Positions 22,087 to 32,825 of a stretch of DNA of 64,000 nucleotides are shown here, piece by piece. Source of the stretch: an uncultured delta proteobacterium (GTDB taxonomy: Bacteria; Myxococcota_A; Polyangia; Haliangiales; Haliangiaceae); NCBI GenBank assembly GCA_963848295.1, contig CAWKDB010000002.1, forward strand, positions 288,001-352,000. The letters run 5' to 3'. The notes below the pieces were generated by a model. The model had not been told where the DNA came from. It searched no databases and saw only the letters and a list, made by a program, of their open reading frames with translations. Both the position numbers and the translations under genes were made by a program. The number at the start of each line of letters is the position of its first letter. Position 1 is the stretch's first letter.

Positions 22087-22388
22087 GGCGTCCCCACGTT
22101 GCTAAGCCCGGCGCGCGCGGCCGCCGCCGCGATGCAGGCCCACAGCACCTCGTGCGGGAGGTGGCGGGCGAGCAGCTCCGGCGTCACGGTCTCGAGCACG
22201 CGATCGGGGGTCATCGCGCCCGCCGCGAGCGACGCGGCGAGGACCTTGCTCAGCAGCTCGGGAGGCAGGTGATTGGCGAGCACATCGGGCGTCGCATGCG
22301 CCAGCACGTCGGACGGAGCGAAGATCTTGTGCTCGAGTCCCGACTCCACCATTTTCGTGAACCACGCTTGCCGCTGATCATTCGCCAT
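22083..22388 (-). CDS. Small hypothetical protein with duplicated TPxxLAxHLP motif
   Basis: TPDVLANHLP and TPELLARHLP; 4-bp overlap with the downstream paralog. Confidence 0.7.
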   Translation of the reverse strand: MANDQRQAWFTKMVESGLEHKIFAPSDVLAHATPDVLANHLPPELLSKVLAASLAAGAMTPDRVLETVTPELLARHLPHEVLWACIAAAAARAGLSNVGTP

Positions 22389-22492
22389 CCCAAAACGATA
22401 TACCGAATCGCTCGCGAGCAACGCCCTGGAATCGTTGAAACCCACCCCCCGGTCTTGCATTGCAGTTCGGTGCGGCGCACGGTCACAAGACG

Positions 22493-23140
22493 ATGGTCGA
22501 GCAACGCGCGAAGCTCTCGTCGGGGACGGTGCTGTACCGCCGGCGTGACGGCGCCCTGGAGATCCTGCTCGTCCATCCCGCCGGTAACTACAACCGCCGC
22601 GCACCGTGGGGCATCCCGAAAGGTGCCCCCGACCCCGATGAAGCGCTCGAAGCGACCGCGCGGCGCGAGACGCTCGAGGAGACCGGCATCGACGTCGCCG
22701 GCCCGCTCGTCGACCTCGGCCACGTCGACTACACGCGCAGCAAGAAGCGCGTGCACGGCTATGCCTGCCCCGCTCCCGAAGGCGCGGCACCGCGTTGTGC
22801 GTCGTGGGAAGTCGACAAGGTCGAGTTCATCGAGATTTCACGCGCGCGCCGCATCATTCACCCCGACCAAGCGGCCCTGCTCGATCGCCTGCAGCGCCAC
22901 CTCGGAGAGCTCGCAACTAGCGAGAAGTCGTCCGCGCGTCGAGCTGTCAGCAAATCTGACAACCTGATCATCTGGGACTGGACAATCGCGCGCGATGTGG
23001 CAACCCTGTGCGCTGCATTGGGGACGGTGTGGGATGGGACGATCAGTCAAGCGACTGATTTGGTTGATCTCGACGAGATCGACCTGCCTACCCGGTCGGG
23101 TCGGTTGCTGAGGCACCGCTCGGTGCGCATTGTGCAGTGA
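22493..23140 (+). CDS. NUDIX hydrolase (true 3' end may be near 22920)
   Basis: Nudix box WGIPKG...EATARRETLEETG. Composition turns non-coding-like after about 22920. Confidence 0.85.
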   Translation: MVEQRAKLSSGTVLYRRRDGALEILLVHPAGNYNRRAPWGIPKGAPDPDEALEATARRETLEETGIDVAGPLVDLGHVDYTRSKKRVHGYACPAPEGAAPRCASWEVDKVEFIEISRARRIIHPDQAALLDRLQRHLGELATSEKSSARRAVSKSDNLIIWDWTIARDVATLCAALGTVWDGTISQATDLVDLDEIDLPTRSGRLLRHRSVRIVQ

Positions 23141-23241
23141 AACCGAGCCGTTGCCTCGCTCGTATAGGTGAGGGGGCATAACGCGGCCTCGTGCAACGGT
23201 TCGATTCGAGACGACGTCTCACGAAGTACAGGAGCACCGCC

Positions 23242-24624
23242 ATGGCCATCACCCAACCAGCTCATCGTCGGCAGCGCCTCGCGCGCCGAACCCCAGCGAG
23301 CACGGCCCATGTCCGCGCGTCGACGCGCGTCCGACCGGATCGACGGTGAGCGCGACGGCCGCAGCGTCGGTCGCAGCCACGGTCGCTCCCGCCCCGGTCA
23401 AGCGCGCGCTACGGACGGTCGATTCCGATGATCATCTCGCCGCGTACTTTCGGCACCTCTCGGAGCACGAGCTGCTCACGCCCGAGGACGAGCGCGAGCT
23501 CAGCCAAGGCATCGAGGACACCGAGATCCTGACGTGGGAGCGCGTGCTGTCACGGCCGGACGCGATCCGTCCACTGCTCGCGCTGGTCGAGCCGAACCTC
23601 GAGCAGCCTGTGAAGTTCCCGAAGCTGCAGAAGCTCGCCGACGAGATGTCCGCTTCCAAGAAGCTCGCGCAAGGAGCCGCGCGCGCAGAAGCGTCTCGCG
23701 TCGGTCGCGAAGGAAACTGCGGCGAAGCTGCGCACGCTCGACCTCGATCGCGTCCACATCGACGCCGTGGTCCGCGAGCTCTATCGCGCGCGCGAGCTCG
23801 CGCATGCGGGCGAGGAGACGTGGTGGGAAGCCGGCGCGAGCAAGGATGCCGGCGCCTACGTCGATCACGTGCGCCAAGCGTACCGCGATGCGGCGAACCT
23901 GCGCGACGAGTTCGTGCGTGCGAACCTGCGCCTCGTCGTCACGATGGCGCGGCGCTACGATCGCGGCGGCATGCCGCTCGCGGATCTGATCCAAGAGGGC
24001 AACCTCGGCCTGATGCACGCGGTCGCGCGGTTCGACTATCGCCGCGGGCTGCGATTCTCGACCTACGCGTGCTGGTGGATCCGCCATGCGATCGGCCGTG
24101 CGCTCGCCGACAAGGCGCGCGCGGTCCGCATCCCGGTCCACATGCTCGAGGCGCAGCAGCAGCTCGAGAAGGTGCGCCAGGGCCTGATCGGCGAGCTCGG
24201 TCGTCCGCCCACTCCGCAAGAGCTGGCGAAGGCCGCGAAGGTTCCGCTCGCGAAGCTGAACCAGATGCACCGCTACATCATGGGCCAGCCGATGTCGCTC
24301 GATCGGCCGGCGCACGATGACGACGACCGCACGTTCGGCGACACGATGGCCGATCCGGACACCGAGGAGCTGTCGCCGGCGGACCGGATGACGATGCAGA
24401 CGCTGAGCTCGCAGATCAAGCGACTGCTGCACCACCTCTCGCCGATCGAAGCCGACGTGCTGACCAAGCGCTTCGGCCTCGGCGACGACGAGGAGCGCAC
24501 GTTCCGCGAGATCGGCGACCAGTATCACCTGTCGCGCGAGCGCATTCGCCAGATCCAGAACTCGGCACTCGACAAGCTGAAGCGAGCGCTCGAGCGCGAG
24601 CACCGCGGGCATGTGGAGATGTGA
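23242..24624 (+). CDS. RNA polymerase sigma-70 factor, RpoD/RpoS-like (frameshifted in the assembly)
   Basis: AGGAG RBS before ATG 23242; region 1.2 [17 protein letters not shown]; region 2 [28 protein letters not shown]; region 4 SRERIRQIQ. Confidence 0.92.
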
Positions 24625-24648
24625 GAATCGACGGAGCTATCTGACGCC

Positions 24649-25484
24649 GTGCGACTCTCGATAGCCGACTTTTTTACGCTGCCGAGTCAGAGCGTGAAGC
24701 TCGCCTCGCTCGCGGACGAGGTCGGCTTTGCGCGCTACTGGGTCGGTGAACATCACACCCCGACATCAGTGCGCCAATCCGTTGCTGCTTGCCAGCGTGC
24801 TGGCCGGGATGACGGAGACGATCCGGATCGGCACCGGGGCGATGTTACTGGGGTTGCGCGGTCCGCGACGGCGCTCGCAGAGGATGCGCGGCTCGTGAGC
24901 CAGCTATATGGCGACCGGCTCGATCTCGGGGTGACGAGCGGATGGAGCCGACGCGCTTGCCCGCGACATGCCAGAGCTCGCGAGCTGCTGACGCCGGATC
25001 GCGATCCGCGCTCGCCGCGTTGCCGTACATCGAGGACGCACCGGCACTATGGCTGATGGCGATCAGACGTGCGGAAGCGGCTACGCTCGCGGCGAAGCTG
25101 GGCTCGGCCTTTGCGCATCGTTTCATCACGGCGGAACACGAGAGGGAATTCGCGACCTCGTCGCTCGTTACCGCGACGGGTTCCAGCCCGGCGCCCTCTC
25201 CGAGCCACGCGACAATCGCGATGCTGAGCGGCGTCTGCGGGGTGGACCAACCCGCGCTCGATGCCGCGCGCGGCAGCTACGCCGCGGTCGCAAGCCAGCT
25301 ATCCGGCGGCGCTCGCGCCCGAACAATCTCGTTCGACGGATCGCCACGCGCCGTCGCCGAAACCGCCGCCCGCGAAGGCGAGACCGTCGGCGCCGACGAG
25401 GTGATGCTGCTGTTCCTGCAGACCGGACCCGACGCCGCCGCTAGGCTCGAGCCGGTGCTGGCCGAGATTAACGCGTCAGGTTAG
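24649..25484 (+). CDS. Luciferase-like (LLM class) flavin-dependent oxidoreductase, frameshifted
   Basis: [45 protein letters not shown] across several frames. Confidence 0.8.
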
Positions 25485-25629
25485 GGGCCTGCGGCTCGGG
25501 CTCGTTGCCGCATCTTACCAAGGTCCACAACGCGACGCCGCCGTTGATCTTCTCCAGCTTGTCCTTCGACAACGGCTTGATGACGGTCTTGTTGAGGCGA
25601 AGCCTCTTCGGCGTCGAGGTTTTCTTCAT
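25468..25629 (-). CDS. Putative RiPP (lanthipeptide-like) precursor, 53 aa
   Basis: [53 protein letters not shown]: LxLxKx5L leader motif, double Gly, Thr/Cys core. A LanC-like gene lies on the same strand about 5.5 kb upstream. Confidence 0.75.
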   Translation of the reverse strand: MKKTSTPKRLRLNKTVIKPLSKDKLEKINGGVALWTLVRCGNEPEPQAPNLTR

Positions 25630-25732
25630 GGCGGGATAATCAGCAACTGCCGCGCCAGCAACCGACCGCAAAGGTTTCGCCGGATTAGCTATCGCTGGAA
25701 CTTCACAGTTCGTGTAGGGCACGCGGCCCGGA

Positions 25733-28700
25733 TCACTTGGAGTGCAGCGCCACGATCTCGCGTAGGTCAGGAACCGGCGCCGATGGGGTCCAGATCGTGG
25801 TCCCGTTGAAGTTTCGGAATACCACGTATCTCGAATTGGGCCCGATACCTACCAACGTCGCGTCATCTGCGATCTCCAGGGCATGGAAGGTATCCAGATC
25901 CCATACCCGAGCGGACGAATCGACCGAGGCGGTGACCAACAGCCCGCCCGCAATGAACCCCGCCGAAGACACCATGTTGGTATGACCCTCGAGCACGCTG
26001 ACTCGCCGCAAGCTCGCCGCGTCCCACACCGGCAACGACACCGCCCCGATGCCGATGAGGAAGCGGCCGTCGGGCGAAAGTATGATCCCGCCGAGATCGG
26101 CGGCGTCGGTGTTACCGATAGGCGCGCCATCTGCGGCGGACCATGCCCGGAGACGCTGATCGCTGGTGAGCGCGAACACGCGGCCGGCGTGCGCGTCGAC
26201 GGCAACGTCCATGGCGACCGCGCCTTCGCCGCTCAAGACCAGCGGCGCCGCGTCCGCGCCAAGGCCTTGCAGCACTACCGCTGCCCTTGAGTCGGTCGTC
26301 CTCGCGAACACGCGATCGGCCGTGACGAAGCCAAGCCGGACGATGCCGGCGCGCAGGCGCGGCAGCGCCCGCGGTCTCGCGCCGTTACCCGCCGAGAGAT
26401 CCGTGACCGACCAGGTGCCGTCGTCGCCGCCGATCACCACGCGTTCGCGCTCGCCGAATGCGACCGCGGCCACGCTCGCCGCGCTCGGGATCGTCGCGAT
26501 CAGCTGACAGGTCGCCGCGTTCCAGACGCGCGCCTCGCGCTCCGCGATCCCGGCGACGACGATCCGATTCCCGCCCGGCTCCCACGCGACGCGGGTCAGG
26601 ATAGCCCCGTTACCGGCCAGGCGGCATGGCGGCGACCCGGGCGCGCCCAGGTCGTGGAGCTCGAGCGAACCGTCGGCCGTTCCGAACGCGACACGATCGG
26701 TCCCCACCGCGATTACGCCCTCGCGCTCCGCGGGGATCTCCCGGTAGTGCGACGCCTTCGCGAGGTTCCACTCGACCACGCGGTGATCCCACGACGCGGT
26801 GGCGAGCGTGCGCCCATCCGGCGAGAACTTCATGTGTGCGATCCGATCCGTGTGCCCGTTGAGCTCGCCGGTACTCAGGCCAGAGGGCACCGACCACAGC
26901 CGGACACCGCCGTCGACGCTCGCGCTCGCGAGCGTGTCGTCTCGAGGCGAAAAGGCCTCTGCCCAGATCCCGGCATGGTGCGCCTGGAGTGTCGCGATCG
27001 GCTTGTTGGTGGCAACGTCCCAGAGCCAAACCGCGTTGTCGTCGCCGCCCGTCGCGAAGTGCTTGCCGTCATGGCTGAACACCACGACGTTGATCGTCTT
27101 GCCTTCGTGGGCGGGGTAGCGCGCGACCACGCGGCCCTCGCTCGAGACGAGCACGACCTCGCCGCTCTCGTCGGCGAACGCAACCCGATCGCCGCTCGGA
27201 CTCGCCGCTGCGACCTGGAGGTTCGATCCGATCTCGACGCGCGCGAGCTTGGCGAACGTGTGCGCATCCCACCACGTCACGACGCCCTCGGCTTGCCAGG
27301 TCACGATGCATTGGCCGCTGGCACAGAACGCCCCACCCGCGACGCCGTGGTCAACCAGCTTGGCCGCCAGCGCGCCGTCCCCGACGTTCCACACTCCGAC
27401 CCCCCGTCCGCTGGCGAGGAGCTGCGAGCCGTCCGCGCTGAACGCGAGGTCGTAGACGCGGGTGCCGGCGCCGGTGTCGATCGCGGCGACCGGCTGTTCG
27501 CTGGCGAGCGACCACACGTCGACGCGATGGTCGAGCTCGCCGCTCGCGAGCAGCTGGCCGTTGGGACTGTACGCTAGCGCGTACGTGGTTGACCCGGTCT
27601 TGAGCGACCGGATCGGTGCGTTGGTCGCGGTATTCCATTCGATCACCGCGCCGTCGTTCCCCGCCGTCGCTAGGCGCGCGCCGTCCGGGCTGAACGCGAC
27701 CGCGAACACCTTGTCCGAGTGCGCGGTCAGCACCGCGTCTTCGGCCGCGTGGTCCGCAGCGCCTCCTCGATCATGAACCTGCACCGCGGGCCCGGTGTCG
27801 CCCATGCTGGTACGCCATGGCGAGTGGCTCGAGCGCCTTGGACTTTTCGCCTTGAAGCATCAGCAGCCGACCGCGGTCGACGGTTGCGTCCAGCAACAGC
27901 TGCTGCGCCGCTCTGCTCGGAGCGTCGGGTCGCGCGATTGGCTACGACAGGCCGATGACGAACCGATGCAGCGAGCAGCGCGATGGCGGCGAGAGCGATT
28001 CGGATGCGTCGCCCGCGCGCGGATTCGGCGACGCTGGCCGCACCGAACTCGGCCTCCGCCGTCGTGACCGCCGACACGTTGCGCTTGTGCCAGAGCTGAT
28101 ACTCGGCGAGCGCGTCGCCGCGCCAGAAAGGCCCCGAGGCCGGTCCGCGATCGGCCCACTGCTTCGCGCCGATGCGCAGCTGGGCGTGAAACGTGAGCCT
28201 CGGCATCCTCGCGGCGCCATTCGGCGAGTCGAGGCCATGCCGACACGAGGGCCTCGTGGATGATCTCGACCGTGCCATCGCCGCGTTCGCTCTCCGCGGA
28301 GATGACGAGCCGCGACGAAATCAAGCGCTCGATCACCCTCCGACCTTCGGCCCCACCGCCGAGGAGCTGTTCTAACTCGTCACGTAGCAGTACCGCGCGC
28401 GTACCCTCGAACGTAACGAGATGGCGGAACATGGTCCGCACGACGGTTCGCTCTGACGTGGAAAGCGCCTCGACCGTCTCGTCCGCATGACGCGCCAAGG
28501 CGCCGGCAACCCCGCCGATCGCTTCATAGGCCTTGCGCGGTAACTGGCGAAAGTGCCGATCGCGTAGCTCCCACAAGCGCGAAGCCGCGAACGAGATCAG
28601 CGCCACAGCCGCGGGTGTGTCCGCGGCCTCGGCGACCATCCGCTCGGGCAGCGAGGGGTCGTCGAACTCGTAGCCAAGGCGGCGAGCCGGCTCGACGATG

Positions 28701-31046
28701 ACGCGCGAAAGTGCCTCCGCGTTCATGGGCCCGAGCAGATGCAGGCCACGAGCGAGCATCGCGTCAAAGCCCGGCAGCTGCTGGGCGCGAATCAAGAAGT
28801 CGTCCCGCAATGTGATGATCACGCGGAGCTTGCGGCCGGCGTCGCTGCCGAGCGCGAGCAACACTTGCGCGAACCGCTGGCGTTCGTCGTCGGCGCAGCC
28901 GAGTGTGAACAGCTCCTCGAACTGGTCCACGACAACGATGAGCCCGTCCTGGTCAGCCTCCTGCCGACGCGCGACGTCTCCCGCCAGGTCCGCAGGAGCA
29001 AGGTCGACGGACTCGGACAATCCGAGCTGCGCTAGCAACTGACGCAGCGGGGTGCGTCCGGGGCGTGTGGTGACCGAGTGCCATCCGGTCATCGCGGGAA
29101 CGACGCCGGCATTGACGAACGAGCTCTTGCCGACGCCCGATGGCCCGACAACGGCGACGAACGGCTCGAGGACAAGCCTGTTCACGAGGTGCTCGGTCTC
29201 GCGCTCGCGGCCGAGAAACAGCGCGGTGTCGCTCGGAATGTACGCCAACAAGCCGCGATACGGGCTCGCGTCGTCGACGACCGATGGATCCGACGGCGCG
29301 GGCGCGAACAACTGGGTGCCGAACCAATCCCACAGCTCGCTGTCGCGGTGCTCGAACCCATACTGCGGCACCACGAGCCGCGCCGCCGCTCCCTTCGGTC
29401 CGGCCAGCATGAAGAGATGCTCCGCGTGGCCGGGCACGGCGACGTGGACCTGGATCAGCGGCCATAGCGACAACAACGGCACACCCGTCGCATCGACGAT
29501 GACCGGACGGCCGTCCGGAACGCTGCGTTGCAGCGCGACGGATTCGACGCGGTCCACTGCGTGCACCCATCCAGGATTCAGCGCGGTCTCCGTGGCCGAC
29601 GGCGAGCTGGTAGTCGAGCAAGAACGCCAACGACCGAAGTAGCGCGGTGATGATGGGCAACTCGCGTGCGATCGCGATCGTCGCAGCGGCCTCCGATGTA
29701 TCGGTGAGCGCTTCCACGAGCGAGCCCTCGACCACCGCGGCAAACGCGTCGCTTTGGTGAATGAGAAGCGCGATTTCAGGAACCGGATACGCGTCCGGCA
29801 GGGTCGCGAACGGCTGCGTCAGTTGCCGCGCGAGTGAAATCCATCCCGCCGACGACAGACCATGGCGGCGCAGGTCGCGCAATAACTCTTGCGCTCGTGG
29901 CGAGTCCGCCTCGCCGCCGGAGCCCACGCGCGTTCGACAGGCGACGGCCAGGATCCCGACGAACCAGCAGGCGACGTGCGCGATCCCGCGCAGCGCCTCT
30001 CTTGCCTGGTGCGCGTTCTTCGCGGCGTCGTACGCCGTGACCGCATCCGCGAGCGGTCGCGGCGCACAAGTCAGGAACGCCTGCCGGATACCCTCCTCGA
30101 TCTGCGGCAGATCCGCGGTCTGCGTGCCGATGCCCGCGGCAACGCGAAACGCTTCCGCGAGCTCGAGCACATTGCCATAGCGGGCGTGAGCGGTCCTTGC
30201 GGTTGCCCGGCGGAGAACGATATCGAGGTCCGGGGAGAACCCATCACCGAGTGCCGGGATGGTCGATCGCGCATGGGCCCGCGCGATCTCCATCATGGTC
30301 TTGCCGGTAAACGCCAAACGACCGGTGAGCGTCTCGAACACGAGCGCCCCGATCGCGTATTGATCCGCGGCCGGTCCCGCGCTCGCCGGATCGACCCATA
30401 GCTCCGGCGCCATGTACGGCGGTGATCCGACGATCGTACCGCGCTGAGTCGTCGTGCTCGCTGGGCTATCCGGAAGCTCGTCGGAGCCTCGCTCGACCGC
30501 GGGGTGATCGTCGCCGATCGCTCGCGCGACTCCGAAATCGAGGAGTTTCGGGAGCAGACGTCCCGCGCGCGAGATCACCATCACGTTGTCGGGCTTGATG
30601 TCGCGGTGGATGATCCCTTGCTCGTGCGCCGTCTGGACGACCTCGCAGATGCGATCGAGCAACGGGATGAACCGCTCGAGGGGCATCGGCCCCTGCGCTT
30701 CCACGACGGCGCGCAGCGACGCGCCACGCACTAACTCCATCGCGATCCAGAACACGCCGTCGGGCTCGGCGCCGAAATCGTAGATGTGGGCCGCATAAGG
30801 ATGGTCGAATCGCGTCGCGAGCTTGGCCTCGCGTAGAAACCGCTGGACCCGCGTCTCGTCGAGACTGCCTTCGCGGAGAACCTTCACGATCGCTTCGCGC
30901 CCCAGCCCCGGCTGTTCGGCGAGATAGACGTCGCCGAATCCACCCGCGCCGACTTGTTCGCGCAACACGAAGCCGCCCAACGTTCGCGTCGTCAAGGCGC
31001 CCGGATGCCCGGCTCCTAGTCCCCCGGTCAACGCGCCGGTTGCCAC
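25733..31046 (-). CDS. Ser/Thr kinase - STAND NTPase (nSTAND1-like) - TM - WD40 repeat protein, about 1770 aa, split by frameshifts
   Basis: Kinase GAGGFGDV/HRDIKPDN/DFG/YMAPE; SPYRGL; Walker A GPSGVGKSS; Walker B VVDQFEELF; IIHEAL..W; multiple WD40 units (AFSPDG.LAT, GHTDRI). Confidence 0.88.
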
Positions 31047-31074
31047 GTCGTCACGATACCACTCGCTGAATCAC

Positions 31075-32199
31075 TCAGAGCCCGCCAGGGAGCAGCAACT
31101 CGTTCCATCTCGGCTCTACGGGCTCGAGGCCCGCGATCAAGGCGAGGCCGACGCCGACCGCACCATCCCAGAAATCGAGTGGATCCGCGCTGTCGAGCCG
31201 CGAGTCGAGAGCGCGCTCGAGCCAGCGTCGCGCGCAGACGGCTTGTTGTTCAAGCCCGTCGCGCTGATACACCCGGTTGGACAGATGCCCGAGCCCGGCG
31301 GCCCCGTGACACATTCCCGCGTCCTCGACGCCAGCCTCGTCGGTACCGAGCGCCATCCAGCTATCGTTGATCTCGGCGATCTGATCGGGCGGCAGGGCAG
31401 CCGTGAGGGCCGCGGCTATCCCTGGCCGTCCGTAGCACCACGCCTCTCGGACTCCGTGCCGTCGCGTTGCGTCGACCCATAGCGGAAACGACCCGTCGGA
31501 GTTGCGCCACGATAGCAACCACCGGGTCGCGGCATCGCGCAGCGGCACCGCGCCGTCGGGAACGTCAGGGCGCGCCGAGATCCGCGTCAGTAATGCGATC
31601 ACGGCGGGTACGCCGTGTGCGACGCCGCAGTTGTACATCCCCTGGGGCCACTCGGCGGCTACCGGCGCAGGTAGCAGTGCAGGAGACGTGTGCCAGGTCG
31701 CGCCTCGCTCGGTGAGGCGCGCGCGAGCCTTCAAGTGATCGACGATCCGTGAGAGTCCAGGCGCGACCGCCGCCGTGTCACCGCGAGCGAGCAAATAGCC
31801 GCCGAATCCAACGAGACCCGCGTGAAAGTCATAAGGCACAGCATCGTCCGGCGGACCGGCGAGCACGGCCAACACGGCGTCGTCGGTCGCGGTAAGCACC
31901 TCATCGACATCGTCGGCTACCTGCCCTGCAACCCAGGCGGCAAACGCTAGCCCGCGCGTGAATGACAGCGAGTCCGGGCCACGCGTGAAGACGGCTTCAA
32001 GCCATTTGGCGAAGCGTTCGTACGCTTCGGCAGCGTGGCGGTCGGTCTCGGGAAGGAGCTCGAGTGGAGCCGCGTGGCTCCAGAATAGCGCGCCGTCGGC
32101 GGGGGGGCCATCCCCGCGGGCAACGTCGGTAGCGATCTCGACCAGCCGAGCGCGAGCTCGGTCCGCGAGCTCGCCCACGAGGATCGGTTGCCAGTCCAT
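31075..32199 (-). CDS. Lanthionine synthetase C-like (LanC) cyclase
   Basis: YDFHAGLVG, NCGVAHG (catalytic His), AWCYG and GMCHG (Zn ligands Cys/Cys/His), FWDGAVGVGLAL. Confidence 0.9.
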   Translation of the reverse strand: MDWQPILVGELADRARARLVEIATDVARGDGPPADGALFWSHAAPLELLPETDRHAAEAYERFAKWLEAVFTRGPDSLSFTRGLAFAAWVAGQVADDVDEVLTATDDAVLAVLAGPPDDAVPYDFHAGLVGFGGYLLARGDTAAVAPGLSRIVDHLKARARLTERGATWHTSPALLPAPVAAEWPQGMYNCGVAHGVPAVIALLTRISARPDVPDGAVPLRDAATRWLLSWRNSDGSFPLWVDATRRHGVREAWCYGRPGIAAALTAALPPDQIAEINDSWMALGTDEAGVEDAGMCHGAAGLGHLSNRVYQRDGLEQQAVCARRWLERALDSRLDSADPLDFWDGAVGVGLALIAGLEPVEPRWNELLLPGGL

Positions 32200-32201
32200 C
32201 G

Positions 32202-32825
32202 TCAACTCAGGGCCGCGCCGGTCGCCACCGCCGCCTGCTCGCGGCTGACGCCCGGCGCCAGCTCCACGATGCGGAACCCCTCGCCGGTCGGCTCGAACAC
32301 GCCGAGGTCGGTGATGACGAGCGCGACGACGCCCGCCGCAGTCAGCGGATAGGTCGCAGCGCGCCACGAGCTTCGGCGCGCCGTTCTTCGCACGTGCTGC
32401 ATCATCGCGATGACGCGCCGGCAGCCGCTCGCGAGATCCATCGCGCCGCCGATGCCCATGACCTTGCCGCCGGGCACCGCCCAGTTCGCGAGGTCACCGT
32501 TCGCCGCGACCTGCATCGCGCCGAGGATCGCGAGGTCGACGTGACCGCCGCGGATCATCGCGAACGACGCGGCGGAGTCGAACGTCGAGCCGCCGGGCAA
32601 CACCGTCACGGTCTGCTTGCCCGCGTTGATGAGGTTCGGATCTTCGTCGCCCTCGAACGGGAACGGCCCGGTGCCGAGCAAGCCGTTCTCGGAGTGCAAG
32701 AACGCGTGGCCGGCCGGCAGGTAGTCGGCGACCTGCGTCGGCAGGCCGATGCCGAGGTTGACGATCGAGCCGGCGGCGATCTCCTTCGCCGCGCGCCGCG
32801 CCATCGCTTCGGTGTCCCAGCTCAT
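32202..32825 (-). CDS. scoB: 3-oxoacid CoA-transferase subunit B
   Basis: VNLGIGLPT, HSENG (catalytic Glu), MIRGGHVD, GIGGAMDL; short compensating frameshift near 32350-32395. Confidence 0.92.
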   Translation of the reverse strand: MSWDTEAMARRAAKEIAAGSIVNLGIGLPTQVADYLPAGHAFLHSENGLLGTGPFPFEGDEDPNLINAGKQTVTVLPGGSTFDSAASFAMIRGGHVDLAILGAMQVAANGDLANWAVPGGKVMGIGGAMDLASGCRRVIAMMQHVRRTARRSSWRAATYPLTAAGVVALVITDLGVFEPTGEGFRIVELAPGVSREQAAVATGAALS

